Source of the DNA: Macrostomum lignano
Lineage: Eukaryota
Direction: 5' to 3'
NCBI GenBank assembly: GCA_002269645.1
Contig: NIVC01003819.1
Span: 11,348 to 75,347, forward strand
DNA length: 64,000 nucleotides
Part shown: positions 12,583-21,712 of the stretch, in pieces
Layout of the letters: each line of letters opens with the position of its first letter
Position numbering within the stretch: the stretch's first letter is position 1
The notes under the pieces: generated by a model
Told to the model about the DNA's origin: nothing
The model's input: only the letters and a program-made list of their open reading frames with translations
Database searches by the model: none
Program-made: the position numbers and the translations under genes

Positions 12583-13731
12583 ATGGATGCTGGAGGTGCT
12601 GCTGGAGGTGCTGCTGGAGGTGCGGCTGGAGGTGCGGCTGGAGGTGCTGCGGGAGGTGCTGCCGGAGGTGCGGCTGGAGGTGCGGCTGGAGGTGCGGCTG
12701 GAGGTGCGGCTGGAGGTGCGGCTGGAGGTGCGGCTGGAGGTGCGGCTGGAGGTGCTGCTGGAGCCTTTGGTGTTAATGATCTGGTCGCCGCCTTGACTGC
12801 TCAGATTCAGCAGAACATGCAGCAAGCGGGTGCCCTCAGGATTCAGAGGCCGGTGAAGTATGCTCCAGGAATGAATTTCGTGAAGTGGTTGAGGCTCTTC
12901 GTAGCTTATTGCGATGCCATGCAGATTCCGATGCAGAATCGGCGCGCTCAGTTGCTCAGCAACCTAGACTTTAGCACCTTCCAAGTTGTTGACAACATGA
13001 ACCTTGATGACGACCTGCAGTTCGAAGAATTTACCCAGGCCTTGAGGGATAGGTTCACTATGCACCGTACCGTCGTCGACTACCGCACAGAACTGAGCAA
13101 TAGAGAGCAGAGCGAGAAGGAGTCGGTAGAAGATTTCTCTGAAGCTGTGATTGAGTTGGTCGCAAACGCCTTTCCTGATGCGCCTGCCGATGTGCGCGAT
13201 GATCTTGCGAAAGAGCGATTTATGCGAGGCGTCCGTGCGGGGGTGGCTGTGCGGGAGCGACTGTACATGAGCCAGCCGGAGACGTTAGCGGACGCAATGC
13301 GTCTGGTGCATCAGCTGGAAGCGGCGGTTAGGGCAAGTCATGGTCCACCAGGTCAGGTATCGAAAAGAACCGTTTGTGCTGTTACGACCGAGACCAGAAA
13401 GGAGGCTTCCGAAAGCAGTGAGGTCGAGATGCTTCGAAAACAGCTGGCGGCCATGGAGATGCGAATGAAAGAGATGGAGGAGCGGAGGTCTGAAGAAGCG
13501 GCAGAGCCGACCCCGGCGAGTCGGAAGGCTGTGCAGTGTTTTTCGTGTCGAGAGTGGGGCCATATCTCATCAAAGTGTCCGAAGAAGACCAGTCAGAAGA
13601 GTGAAAACGGGAAATCGCCAGTACGATGTCACAAGTGCAACGGTGAAGGCCACCTATCCTTCAAGTGTCCGAAGTCGGGAAACGGGCCGAGGGGACCGAC
13701 CGGGGAGAGTCGGGACCCTGCCAGGAAATGA
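12583..13731 (+). CDS. gag: Retrotransposon Gag, 382 aa
   Basis: N-terminal (GGAA)x14, a helical capsid-like region and two CCHC knuckles (CFSCREWGHISSKC, CHKCNGEGHLSFKC). Confidence 0.9.
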   Translation: MDAGGAAGGAAGGAAGGAAGGAAGGAAGGAAGGAAGGAAGGAAGGAAGGAAGGAAGGAAGAFGVNDLVAALTAQIQQNMQQAGALRIQRPVKYAPGMNFVKWLRLFVAYCDAMQIPMQNRRAQLLSNLDFSTFQVVDNMNLDDDLQFEEFTQALRDRFTMHRTVVDYRTELSNREQSEKESVEDFSEAVIELVANAFPDAPADVRDDLAKERFMRGVRAGVAVRERLYMSQPETLADAMRLVHQLEAAVRASHGPPGQVSKRTVCAVTTETRKEASESSEVEMLRKQLAAMEMRMKEMEERRSEEAAEPTPASRKAVQCFSCREWGHISSKCPKKTSQKSENGKSPVRCHKCNGEGHLSFKCPKSGNGPRGPTGESRDPARK

Positions 13732-16700
13732 AGTCTCCCAGGAGCGAGGAACCGGGGTTGGTCACTAACTCTGTAAATAAATCCAAGTGCGTCTCTGGTG
13801 ATGGGAATTCAAAGAGCAACCTGGTTCAAGAGGGGGGTTCGTCGGTATCAACGGAGCCCTTGACAGTTTTTATTTCCGGTGCGGTTTCCGGCAAGCCAGT
13901 GGCTCTGCTGTTAGACAGTGGTGCGAGTGTGTCAGTGCTGAGCTGTGATGTTTTCCTGAGGCTGCCGCAAGAAGTGAGAGAGAGACTGACGATGATGGAC
14001 GGGGCCCTTTCAACGGCCAATGGAGGTGCGATGAGGATGAGAGGCTGTATTGTGCTGGACGTGGAGATTGGCGGCGAGCGGTGGTCAGCGAATTTCTTTG
14101 TAGTGGACGGATTGCGCTATGACGTCATTCTCGGGTCCGAATTTTTCAAACAGCATCGTTGCGTCATCAACTATTCAGAATTTGTCTTTCGAGTGGGCGA
14201 TGTTAGAGTTCCGATACGGCAGAAAGGCGAGCTGCCCGTGGTGTGTCGAATCAAAGCCGAGACAACGGTATTCCTGGAACCGGCGCAAGAAGTGATCATG
14301 CCAGCCAGGGTAGAGAAAAAGGGCGCAAGAAACTGCGGATCTGTCGGCATAACGGAAGAAAAGTCAGTGAAGGCCTCTGAGAAGGATTTGGCGCTGGCTC
14401 GAGCTCTGGTAGCGCCCGGCGTGGATGGACGGCTGCCGATGAGATTGCTGAATACGTCCAGTTGTAGGAAGAGGGTCAAGAAAGGAGAGACGATTGGCTG
14501 GTTTATTCCTTTGGAACCGAACGGAGGTATCAACGTGGTGCGCTTGGACGACGACGTAGAGGCCAAGAATGAAGCGGAGGCATGGGACCCGATCGAAGAA
14601 TTCCGCGAGTGGGGTTCGTGTGGCCTGTCGGAGGAGGAGGAAGCCGACTTCAGGGAGCTGATTTCCCAACATCGGGCTGTCTTTGCTAAGGACTCCAAGG
14701 ATCTCGGCTGTACGACCGTGATGAAGCACGAGATCGACACTGGAGATGCCAGGCCTGTGAAGGAAGCGGCGAGGCGGATTCCCCCGTACCTGCGGCAGGA
14801 AGTGGACAAGGAGTTGGATGACTTGCTGGAAGCTGGGAGAATCAGCGAGGTCCAGTCCCCATGGTGCTCTCCGGTGGTGTGCGTGAAAAAGAAGGACGGT
14901 TCCCTGAGGTTCTGTTGTGACTACCGGAAACTGAATGAAGTGACCAAGAAGGATGCAGTACCGTTGCCCAGGACAGATGACCTGTTGGAGAGTCTAGGCG
15001 GTGCCAAGATTTTTTCGACCATGGACATGCAGTCGGGATACTGGCAGATGGCGGTGGAACCCAGCGACAGACTGAAGACGGCCTTTGGCGTTTCACACCG
15101 GGTACAGCAGTACGCCTGGAACGTTATGCCATTTGGATTGACAAATGCACCGGCTTCATTCAGCCGGCTAATGAATGTGGTGTTGGGGAAGTTGTGCTGG
15201 AAGACGTGTTTGGTGTATCTGGACGACCTGCTAGTGTGGTCACGAACGGTAGAAGAGCACCTGGAACGGTTGCAAACGGTTTTTCGACGGTTGCGAGCAG
15301 CGAACATCAAACTGAAGCCGAAGAAGTGCGCATTCCTGCTGAAGTCAGTGACCTTCCTGGGACACGTAGTGTCAGCTGATGGGATCGCCACGAGTCCAGA
15401 AAAGATTGCCGAAATTCGTGACTGGCCAACTCCGAGGAATGTGAAGGAAGTAAGGTCATTCCTGGGACTGTGCGGGTATTACCGGCAATTCATCGCAGAT
15501 TTTTCCCGCATTGCTGAGCCGATGCTGCGACGGACCCGAAATGATTGCCCGTGGAGCTGGGATGAGGAGTGTCAAGCCGCATTCGAGGCCCTGAAGGAAA
15601 GGTTGCAGGGATCTGAGGTCATGGCGTTTCCAAACTTTGCGGAGGACGCTGGAGAATTCGTTTTAGACACAGACGGTAGCACAAAAGAAGGAATTGGCGC
15701 TGTGCTTTCGCAGGTGCAGAAAGATGGGAGTGAGAAGGTAATAGCTTACGGAAGCAGGACGTTGTCGCGAGAAGAACGGAATTACTGCACGACACGAGTC
15801 GAGTTGCTGGCCGTGGTGTTTTTCGTACAGAAGTTTCGTTATTACCTGATGGGGCGAGAGTTTCTAGTGCGCACCGATCACAGCAGCTTGAAGTGGCTGC
15901 ATTCGCTGCGGGACGTAGAAGGACAACTGGCCAGATGGCTGGAACTCTTGGCTCCGTACAGGTATCGCATCGAACATCGTCCGGGAGTGAAACATCAACA
16001 CGCGGACGCTCTCTCCAGGAAGCCACGTCGGCGCCATCAAGGAAGCGAGAGTTGTCCTGGATGTGCACAAGAGCAGATCGGCGTGAACGCGTTGGGATTG
16101 CAGAAGTGGACCTCGGAGGAGATCAGAGAGAGCCAGAAGATGGACAGCGACATTCGTCAGGCGATGGAGCTGCTGGCTCACAGCGACGGAGAGATAACCG
16201 AAGAGCATTTGCGGCGCATATCACCGACGGCAAGGAGGATTGTCGAAAGACGTCGTGACCTTGAGGTGTCGGACAGTGAGGTGTTGCTGTGTCATACGGC
16301 CAGTAGACGTCAGCCGCAAGTGGTGTTGCCACGGAATATGCTGAGAGCGGTGCTGGAAGAAGCTCATGGTGGACGGAGTGGAGGGCACGTTGGGATTTTC
16401 AAGACCAAGGAGAAGGTGCGGCAATCGTTTTGGTGGCCGGGACTTGGCCGCGAGGTCGAAGAGCACGTAAAAGCCTGTTTGGACTGCACCAAGGCCAAAG
16501 CTGGCAAGAAACCAATTGCACCGATGGAGCCGATTCCGAGTTCAAGCCCATTCGATATCGTGATGACGGACGTCATCGGGCCGCTGCCACGGAGCAAGAA
16601 AGGAAACTTCTACATCCTCACGGTGCAAGATGCGTTCTCAAAGTGGCCTGACGCTTATGCCATCCGGAACCAGAAGTCGGCAACGATCGCAAGGGTGCTA

Positions 16701-17615
16701 TTCGAACGCTGGATTGCCAATCACGGGTGCCCCCGGGTACTTCACTCAGACCAAGGAAGGAACTTTGAGTCGGGGATCGTCAGGAAGCTGTGCGAGCTGT
16801 TGGGTGTGAAGAAGACCAGGACGAGCGCCTACCACCCGAGTGGCAACGGACAGGTGGAACGATTTAACGGGTTCCTGAAGAGCAGTTTGCGCACGTATCT
16901 GGTACAGAAGGGTCAGAACGCCTGGGAGGAGTACCTGCCAAGTGCCTTGATGGCTTATCGATCGACGGTCCAGGCGTCCACCGGTTACACGCCCTACTAC
17001 ATGCTGCATGGTCAGGAGATGCCGCTGGGATTCGAACCAGAGGACCTTAGGCGAAAGACGGACAGCTATCCCTTGTTTGTGCAAGAGATCCAGCAGAACC
17101 TGCTTCATGCCCATGAACGCATTCGAGAAGGACGCGAGACGGTTCAGCGACGGCAGAAAATGAATTACGATCGGAAAGTAAAGGGCAAAGCGATTCAGAA
17201 GGGCGACTCTGTCTTGTTGTACTATCCGTGCTTGGAGATGGGAGAGAAAAGCAAGTTCCATATCAACTGGCGCGGCCCAGTGAAGGTCCTGGAGAAGCTG
17301 TCAGATGCGTTGTACCGAGTGCAGGATCCGACACAGCCGCAGAAGACCAAGGTGGTGCACTTCAACAATCTCCGGCCGGTTCAGGTTCAGACGGAGGCGG
17401 CAGACGGTCAAGAGACTAGAGAGGAAATTGGGAGGGCCAGTTCGGGAAAAACCAGGCCGCGACGTGATAATTCCACTGCTGGACGAAGCCGAAGGCAGAG
17501 AGTGCAACGGGGCGAGACCCAGAGGTGGACCGCAGCGACTCTGTCTTGCTGTACTATCCGTGCTTGGAGATGGGAGAGAAAAGCAAGTTCCATATCAACT
17601 GGCGCGGCCCAGTGA
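13665..17615 (+). CDS. pol: Retrotransposon Pol (protease, RT, RNase H, integrase) in the -1 frame relative to gag; native C-terminus displaced by rearrangement
   Basis: LLDSGAS protease, YLDDL RT, DTDGS..GIGAVL RNase H, HGGRSGGH..CLDC zinc finger, DVIGPLP / SDQGRNFES / GQVERFN integrase core, NWRGP (GPY/F-like). After 17534 the ORF runs out of frame into the 332-bp duplicate. Confidence 0.93.
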   Translation: MSEVGKRAEGTDRGESGPCQEMKSPRSEEPGLVTNSVNKSKCVSGDGNSKSNLVQEGGSSVSTEPLTVFISGAVSGKPVALLLDSGASVSVLSCDVFLRLPQEVRERLTMMDGALSTANGGAMRMRGCIVLDVEIGGERWSANFFVVDGLRYDVILGSEFFKQHRCVINYSEFVFRVGDVRVPIRQKGELPVVCRIKAETTVFLEPAQEVIMPARVEKKGARNCGSVGITEEKSVKASEKDLALARALVAPGVDGRLPMRLLNTSSCRKRVKKGETIGWFIPLEPNGGINVVRLDDDVEAKNEAEAWDPIEEFREWGSCGLSEEEEADFRELISQHRAVFAKDSKDLGCTTVMKHEIDTGDARPVKEAARRIPPYLRQEVDKELDDLLEAGRISEVQSPWCSPVVCVKKKDGSLRFCCDYRKLNEVTKKDAVPLPRTDDLLESLGGAKIFSTMDMQSGYWQMAVEPSDRLKTAFGVSHRVQQYAWNVMPFGLTNAPASFSRLMNVVLGKLCWKTCLVYLDDLLVWSRTVEEHLERLQTVFRRLRAANIKLKPKKCAFLLKSVTFLGHVVSADGIATSPEKIAEIRDWPTPRNVKEVRSFLGLCGYYRQFIADFSRIAEPMLRRTRNDCPWSWDEECQAAFEALKERLQGSEVMAFPNFAEDAGEFVLDTDGSTKEGIGAVLSQVQKDGSEKVIAYGSRTLSREERNYCTTRVELLAVVFFVQKFRYYLMGREFLVRTDHSSLKWLHSLRDVEGQLARWLELLAPYRYRIEHRPGVKHQHADALSRKPRRRHQGSESCPGCAQEQIGVNALGLQKWTSEEIRESQKMDSDIRQAMELLAHSDGEITEEHLRRISPTARRIVERRRDLEVSDSEVLLCHTASRRQPQVVLPRNMLRAVLEEAHGGRSGGHVGIFKTKEKVRQSFWWPGLGREVEEHVKACLDCTKAKAGKKPIAPMEPIPSSSPFDIVMTDVIGPLPRSKKGNFYILTVQDAFSKWPDAYAIRNQKSATIARVLFERWIANHGCPRVLHSDQGRNFESGIVRKLCELLGVKKTRTSAYHPSGNGQVERFNGFLKSSLRTYLVQKGQNAWEEYLPSALMAYRSTVQASTGYTPYYMLHGQEMPLGFEPEDLRRKTDSYPLFVQEIQQNLLHAHERIREGRETVQRRQKMNYDRKVKGKAIQKGDSVLLYYPCLEMGEKSKFHINWRGPVKVLEKLSDALYRVQDPTQPQKTKVVHFNNLRPVQVQTEAADGQETREEIGRASSGKTRPRRDNSTAGRSRRQRVQRGETQRWTAATLSCCTIRAWRWERKASSISTGAAQ
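13677..13719 (+). promoter_or_regulatory. Putative -1 ribosomal frameshift signal
   Basis: G GGA AAC (X XXY YYZ, correctly phased in gag) at 13677-13683, a 6-nt spacer, then the stem-loop AGGG-GA-CCGAC...GTCGG-GA-CCCT. Confidence 0.75.
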
Positions 17616-17866
17616 AGGTCCTGGAGAAGCTGTCAGATGCGTTGTACCGAGTGCAGGATCCGACACAGCCGCAGAAGACCAAGGTGGTGCACTTCAACAA
17701 TCTCCGGCCGGTTCAGGTTCAGACGGAGGCGGCAGACGGTCAAGAGACTAGAGAGGAAATTGGGAGGGCCAGTTCGGGAAAAACCAGGCCGCGACGTGAT
17801 AATTCCACTGCTGGACGAAGCCGAAGGCAGAGAGTGCAACGGGGCGAGACCCAGAGGTGGACCGCA
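17203..17866 (+). repeat. 332-bp direct tandem duplication of the integrase 3' region
   Basis: 17203-17534 is repeated at 17535-17866 with GCG microhomology at the junction. One visible difference (TTG vs CTG, synonymous Leu). Confidence 0.92.
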
Positions 17867-18826
17867 GCGGAGGGCACCCAGGACCAAACCCTGGCGTCGC
17901 AGGTCGAACAGCGGGAACACCACCATCACCGACATGTAGACAGCTTGACACGCTTGGCGACTCCACCGACGAACTCCGTGCCCCGGATACTTGCGACCGT
18001 CTCGCTCCAAGTAGCCCAGGATTTGCAGCATCAACTCCGGACCGAATTCCTTGAAATCCACCAAGGCAGTGGCGCACTTCCCCTTCAGGGCTAGCAGCAC
18101 CTCAAAGATGCCCCACGGGTCGCCCTTCCGCATTGCCTGGTGCAGTTTCTTCCGACTGGGTCCTACGTTCTCCAGTTCCGCGACGGTCACTGGTCGGCAC
18201 GGTCTTGTCTGAAGCCGGTACGCTCTCTGCAGATATTCTTCAATCAGGTTTCTACATCCGGCACAATCTTCCTCCGCTTCCCATGACGTCTCAAGCTCCT
18301 CTACACCGGCCCACTGCAGCAGATACTCCGCTCCTCGCTCCGTGACTCGTACTCCTAAGACCTTCTCGACCTCGTACTCCTCCGGCAGTGTCTCACTCGC
18401 CTCGTTCATCTCTTCGTCCTGCTCATCGTCTGAGGCCTCCTCACTTGCCTCCATCTTGACGTGCTCCTCATCCCTCCTCGCCTGTTCTCTCTCGTACGCC
18501 TCCTCAGCTAATCGGTCGCTCTCTTGTAGTCTTTCTATCTCTTCTCGGAGATCGTCGGGCATGTCTTCATCCTCTAACATCCCTTCTGCGAGCCGAAGCA
18601 TCTCATCCCGGTCACGAACAGCATTTCCAAAGATATCGTACAGCTTTCTAAGGAACGGACACGACAGTATTCGGTACGCCTCTTCGCACTCCTGGAATCT
18701 CTTCCGCGTCTCCTCTGTTGCGCTCTTGTCAGGGTGCAGTTCGCGTGCTCGACCGTAGAACGCTTTCCGAATCTGTGCCGCAGACGCCCACAGCTGCACT
18801 CCAAGACACTCGTAGAGGTCCGCCAT
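17633..18826 (-). CDS. Retroelement ORF3 in the inverted segment: DnaJ domain, acidic linker, chromodomain and unknown helical domain (397 aa as present, with a read-through tail)
   Basis: J domain 18826-18635 (YECLGV..ASAAQIRKAF..ELHPDK..RFQECEEAYRILS...RKLYD); chromodomain 18382-18233 (EEYEVEKVL..EYLLQWAG..TSWEAEEDC..LIEEY). Confidence 0.85.
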   Translation of the reverse strand: MADLYECLGVQLWASAAQIRKAFYGRARELHPDKSATEETRKRFQECEEAYRILSCPFLRKLYDIFGNAVRDRDEMLRLAEGMLEDEDMPDDLREEIERLQESDRLAEEAYEREQARRDEEHVKMEASEEASDDEQDEEMNEASETLPEEYEVEKVLGVRVTERGAEYLLQWAGVEELETSWEAEEDCAGCRNLIEEYLQRAYRLQTRPCRPVTVAELENVGPSRKKLHQAMRKGDPWGIFEVLLALKGKCATALVDFKEFGPELMLQILGYLERDGRKYPGHGVRRWSRQACQAVYMSVMVVFPLFDLRRQGLVLGALRCGPPLGLAPLHSLPSASSSSGIITSRPGFSRTGPPNFLSSLLTVCRLRLNLNRPEIVEVHHLGLLRLCRILHSVQRI

Positions 18827-19840
18827 CTGTAACAGTCCGGCCTAACTCCGATGAGCAATGAGACACGCACGACATGTACCTCCCTTCCCCTTTGGCTATC
18901 CAAGCGCCGTACACCGGACCCTTCTTCAGTAGTAGTACACCGGGACCCCAAACCGATCTGGCGGTCGCCGCAGACGTCTTGGTCGCCCTGCTTCCTCCTG
19001 TGCCGTCCTCACTTCCTGCTCGGGTACGTTGGCGTCGTTCGGCTCTGCCTCATCCTCTTCGTCCTGCTCCTCGTCGTACCGCGACTCATCGTCGTGCTCT
19101 TCTTCGTCATCGTCTGCTTCTCGACGCTCAGGTCCGGGCTCACAGTCTTCGGCCGATCTCCGAGAAGAGATAGAAAGACTACAAGAGAGCGACCGATTAG
19201 CTGAGGAGGCGTACGAGAGAGAACAGGCGAGGAGGGATGAGGAGCACGTCAAGATGGAGGCAAGTGAGGAGGCCTCAGACGATGAGCGGGACGAAGAGAT
19301 GAACGAGGCGAGTGAGACACTGCCGGAGGAGTACGAGGTCGAGAAGGTCTTAGGAGTACGAGTTACGGAGCGAGGAGCGGAGTATCTGCTGCAATGGGCC
19401 GGTGTAGAGGAGCTTGAGACGTCATGGGAAGCGGAGGAAGATTGTGCCGGATGTAGAAACCTGATTGAAGAATATCTGCAGAGAGCGTACCGGCTTCAGA
19501 CCAGACCGTGCCGACCAGTGACCGTCGCGGAACTGGAGAACGTAGGACCCAGTCGGAAGAAACTGCACCAGGCAATGCGAAAGGGCGACCCGTGGGGCAT
19601 CTTTGAGGTGCTGCTAGCCCTGAAGGGGAAGTGCGCCACTGCCTCGGTGGATTTCAAGGAATTCGGTCCGGAGTTGATGCTGCAGATCCTGGGCTACTTG
19701 GAGCGAGACGGTCGCAAGTATCCGGGGCACGGAGTTCGTCGGTGGAGTCGCCAAGCGTGTCAAGCTGTCTACATGTCGGTGATGGTGGTGTTCCCGCTGT
19801 TCGACCTGCGACGCCAGGGTTTGGTCCTGGGTGCCCTCCG
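17868..19840. repeat. 687-bp inverted repeat (arms 17868-18554 and 19154-19840, 599-bp spacer)
   Basis: Compared base by base: colinear, no indels, 7 substitutions. Confidence 0.95.
18926..19153 (-). pseudogene. Displaced, inverted C-terminal 75 aa of Pol
   Basis: AEDCEPG...RPRRLRRPPDRFGVPVYYY*, an acidic tail with the RxRRPPxR(F/Y) motif common at Gypsy integrase ends. Joins in frame to pol codon GCA at 17864-17866. Confidence 0.75.
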
Positions 19841-19868
19841 TAGGCTGTGGGATTCGTGCTCTGACTGA
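19154..19868 (+). pseudogene. Sense-orientation 3' part of ORF3 (chromodomain and C-domain, native stop)
   Basis: DLREEIERL...GALRRLWDSCSD*. 19154-19840 is an inverted copy of 17868-18554; the J domain is missing on this strand. Confidence 0.8.
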
Positions 19869-20430
19869 GGCTATGTCTTCCTAGGGACTTTGGGGCTAGG
19901 GGCTTGCAGTGCAGACCCAGGGACAGCGGAGCGGAGGTGGACCGGCCTTAACGGGTGCTGACGGAGCGACACGGCTGTGCAGCAACCGCAGGACTCGACG
20001 ACCAGCGCAGAGCGACCAGAGCAACCGGCGACAGTAGCGACAGGGAGACGAGGCACCAGAGCGACGGCCGTACTCGGCGGGATGCAGGGAAGCAGTGCTA
20101 GTATTACTTGTGAGAGTAAATGTTTGACGGTTTCATTTTTTTTGTTTTTTTGTTAACATTTAGCGTTTTTTTCGAACTTCAGCGTTTTTGTTAAAGTAAG
20201 TTTTTCCCAAAATTTGCGTTTTGCTTCCCAATGATGCGTACTCACTATCCTATGTTGAAGGTTTCTTCGTCATCTTTAAACGGTATAATCACTGCGGTTT
20301 TGTTTTTTGCTCGAACTAGTTGCCATGCGAGTCCAAAATATTTTTCAAATGCGGTTTGTTCCTCTGTTCAATTTTTTTGTTATAGTAGCATCATTTCAAT
20401 ATTCGACTTTTCGAACTCGAACTTTTGTCT

Positions 20431-20442
20431 AGGGGGAGGGAG
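20431..20442 (+). promoter_or_regulatory. Polypurine tract
   Basis: AGGGGGAGGGAG directly abutting the 3' LTR. Confidence 0.9.
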
Positions 20443-21275
20443 TGTCATGAATGTGTTATGACAGTGTGCTCTTTGCTAAGTTGCTGCACCGGGCCAGTGG
20501 GCCGTCCTCTCCCCCTCCCCCCTCCTTAGATATTTTCTGACTCACTCACCTGCACTTCTGCGCGTGCGTACCCCTCCCCTCCCTGCCTAGACCTTTTCTG
20601 TTGAGTCAACCCCCATGCTCTGCGTGCGACCCCCCCCCCTGTGCGACCCCGCCCATTATTTTGTTAGCTTTGCTGCCCCGCCCCTGTTTGTGATTGGCTG
20701 CCAGTCCCAGTCTGCCGTGCTGCGCCCCGGCGATTGGCTGGTACAGCTCATGCGTTGCCTTGGCTGATGTCTAAGCCCCCTTTTCTGCCTTTATCCCGCG
20801 CCCTCGACCCCCAGTTTGCTGCCTATTTATTCGGCCCCCTTGAGACCCCATTCTCGTCGTCTTTGTGGCTCCTCGGCGATTGTGCCAGCGTTGGTTGCTG
20901 AATTACTATTCCTCGCAGAATTGCTAGACAAATATATAAGTAAAGAATATCGAGATCACCACTGCTCTGACGGCGCTGTTTCTTGTACGACTGAAATCGC
21001 GGCTGGTAAGCCTTCCAATTTGCACGTCATTTGGGTCTGCATCTGTACTAGGCACCTTAGAGGGATTAACTGCGTCGTACGCCGGTCCCACCCCAAGCAG
21101 CTCTGCGTCGTACGCGAGTCTGTAGGCTGTCGTGCGTCGTACGCTCGAGCAGCCTAGTCCCGACGGACACCGCGTCGTACGCGTGTCAGTGGAGGACCGC
21201 AGCCAGGGTCAGTACACGAACCCGGGTCTGGGAAAGGGGCACGAAAGGACCGAGCCCTTGAGCCCCATCATCACA
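20443..21275 (+). repeat. 3' LTR (833 bp)
   Basis: Direct repeat of 11642-12474 at offset 8801; preceded by the PPT and followed by the TTAT TSD. Confidence 0.95.
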
Positions 21276-21712
21276 TTATTGTTGTGTAACCCTTCTGGTC
21301 AAACAAATATATAAGCAGCAATGCGAGACGGTTGATTGCGCAATGTAGGTTACCAGTTATAGTGTTTTAATGTTTTATTAATTGGGCTTACGAATACATT
21401 GAAACTGAGCTGAATACTTTAAAAAAATTACCAACACAGAGAGCAGACTTTGGACTAGCTTAATAATTAATAAATCCTCTTGAAATTCGTACTGGTAATT
21501 GGCAAAGTGGACTCCTTTTCAAAGGAGAAGAGAAGTCGTCAAGCCCCACTCCGCTGGGTCATGGACAACTAGGCTTTCTTAGAAATTGGAGCTAGAGGCC
21601 TATGTATTCGTTGCTATAAGTAATAAGATCGTTCTTACATGTAGCTCCGCAGTGTAGAAGTTCCAATGTTTGTAATGTATATAGTGGTCAGTCTAGACCT
21701 GTTCTTCTATTT

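Larger units (their letters stand above)
11642..21275 (+). mobile_element. Full-length Ty3/Gypsy LTR retrotransposon with an extra ORF and a rearranged 3' internal region
   Basis: TG...CA LTRs at 11642-12474 and 20443-21275; 4-bp TSD TTAT (11638-11641 and 21276-21279); PBS, PPT, gag, and pol in PR-RT-RH-IN order. Confidence 0.96.

Noticed and set aside
17867-18094. Apparent Pol C-terminal extension EGTQDQ...HHHHRH
   Set aside because: It is the antisense reading of the inverted ORF3 arm; the plausible native tail is at 19153-18926 on the - strand.
17633-18826. ORF3 as env, or as a polyomavirus T-antigen capture
   Set aside because: No signal peptide, TM helix or furin site. No LxCxE after the J domain and no helicase, so only the J-domain analogy holds.
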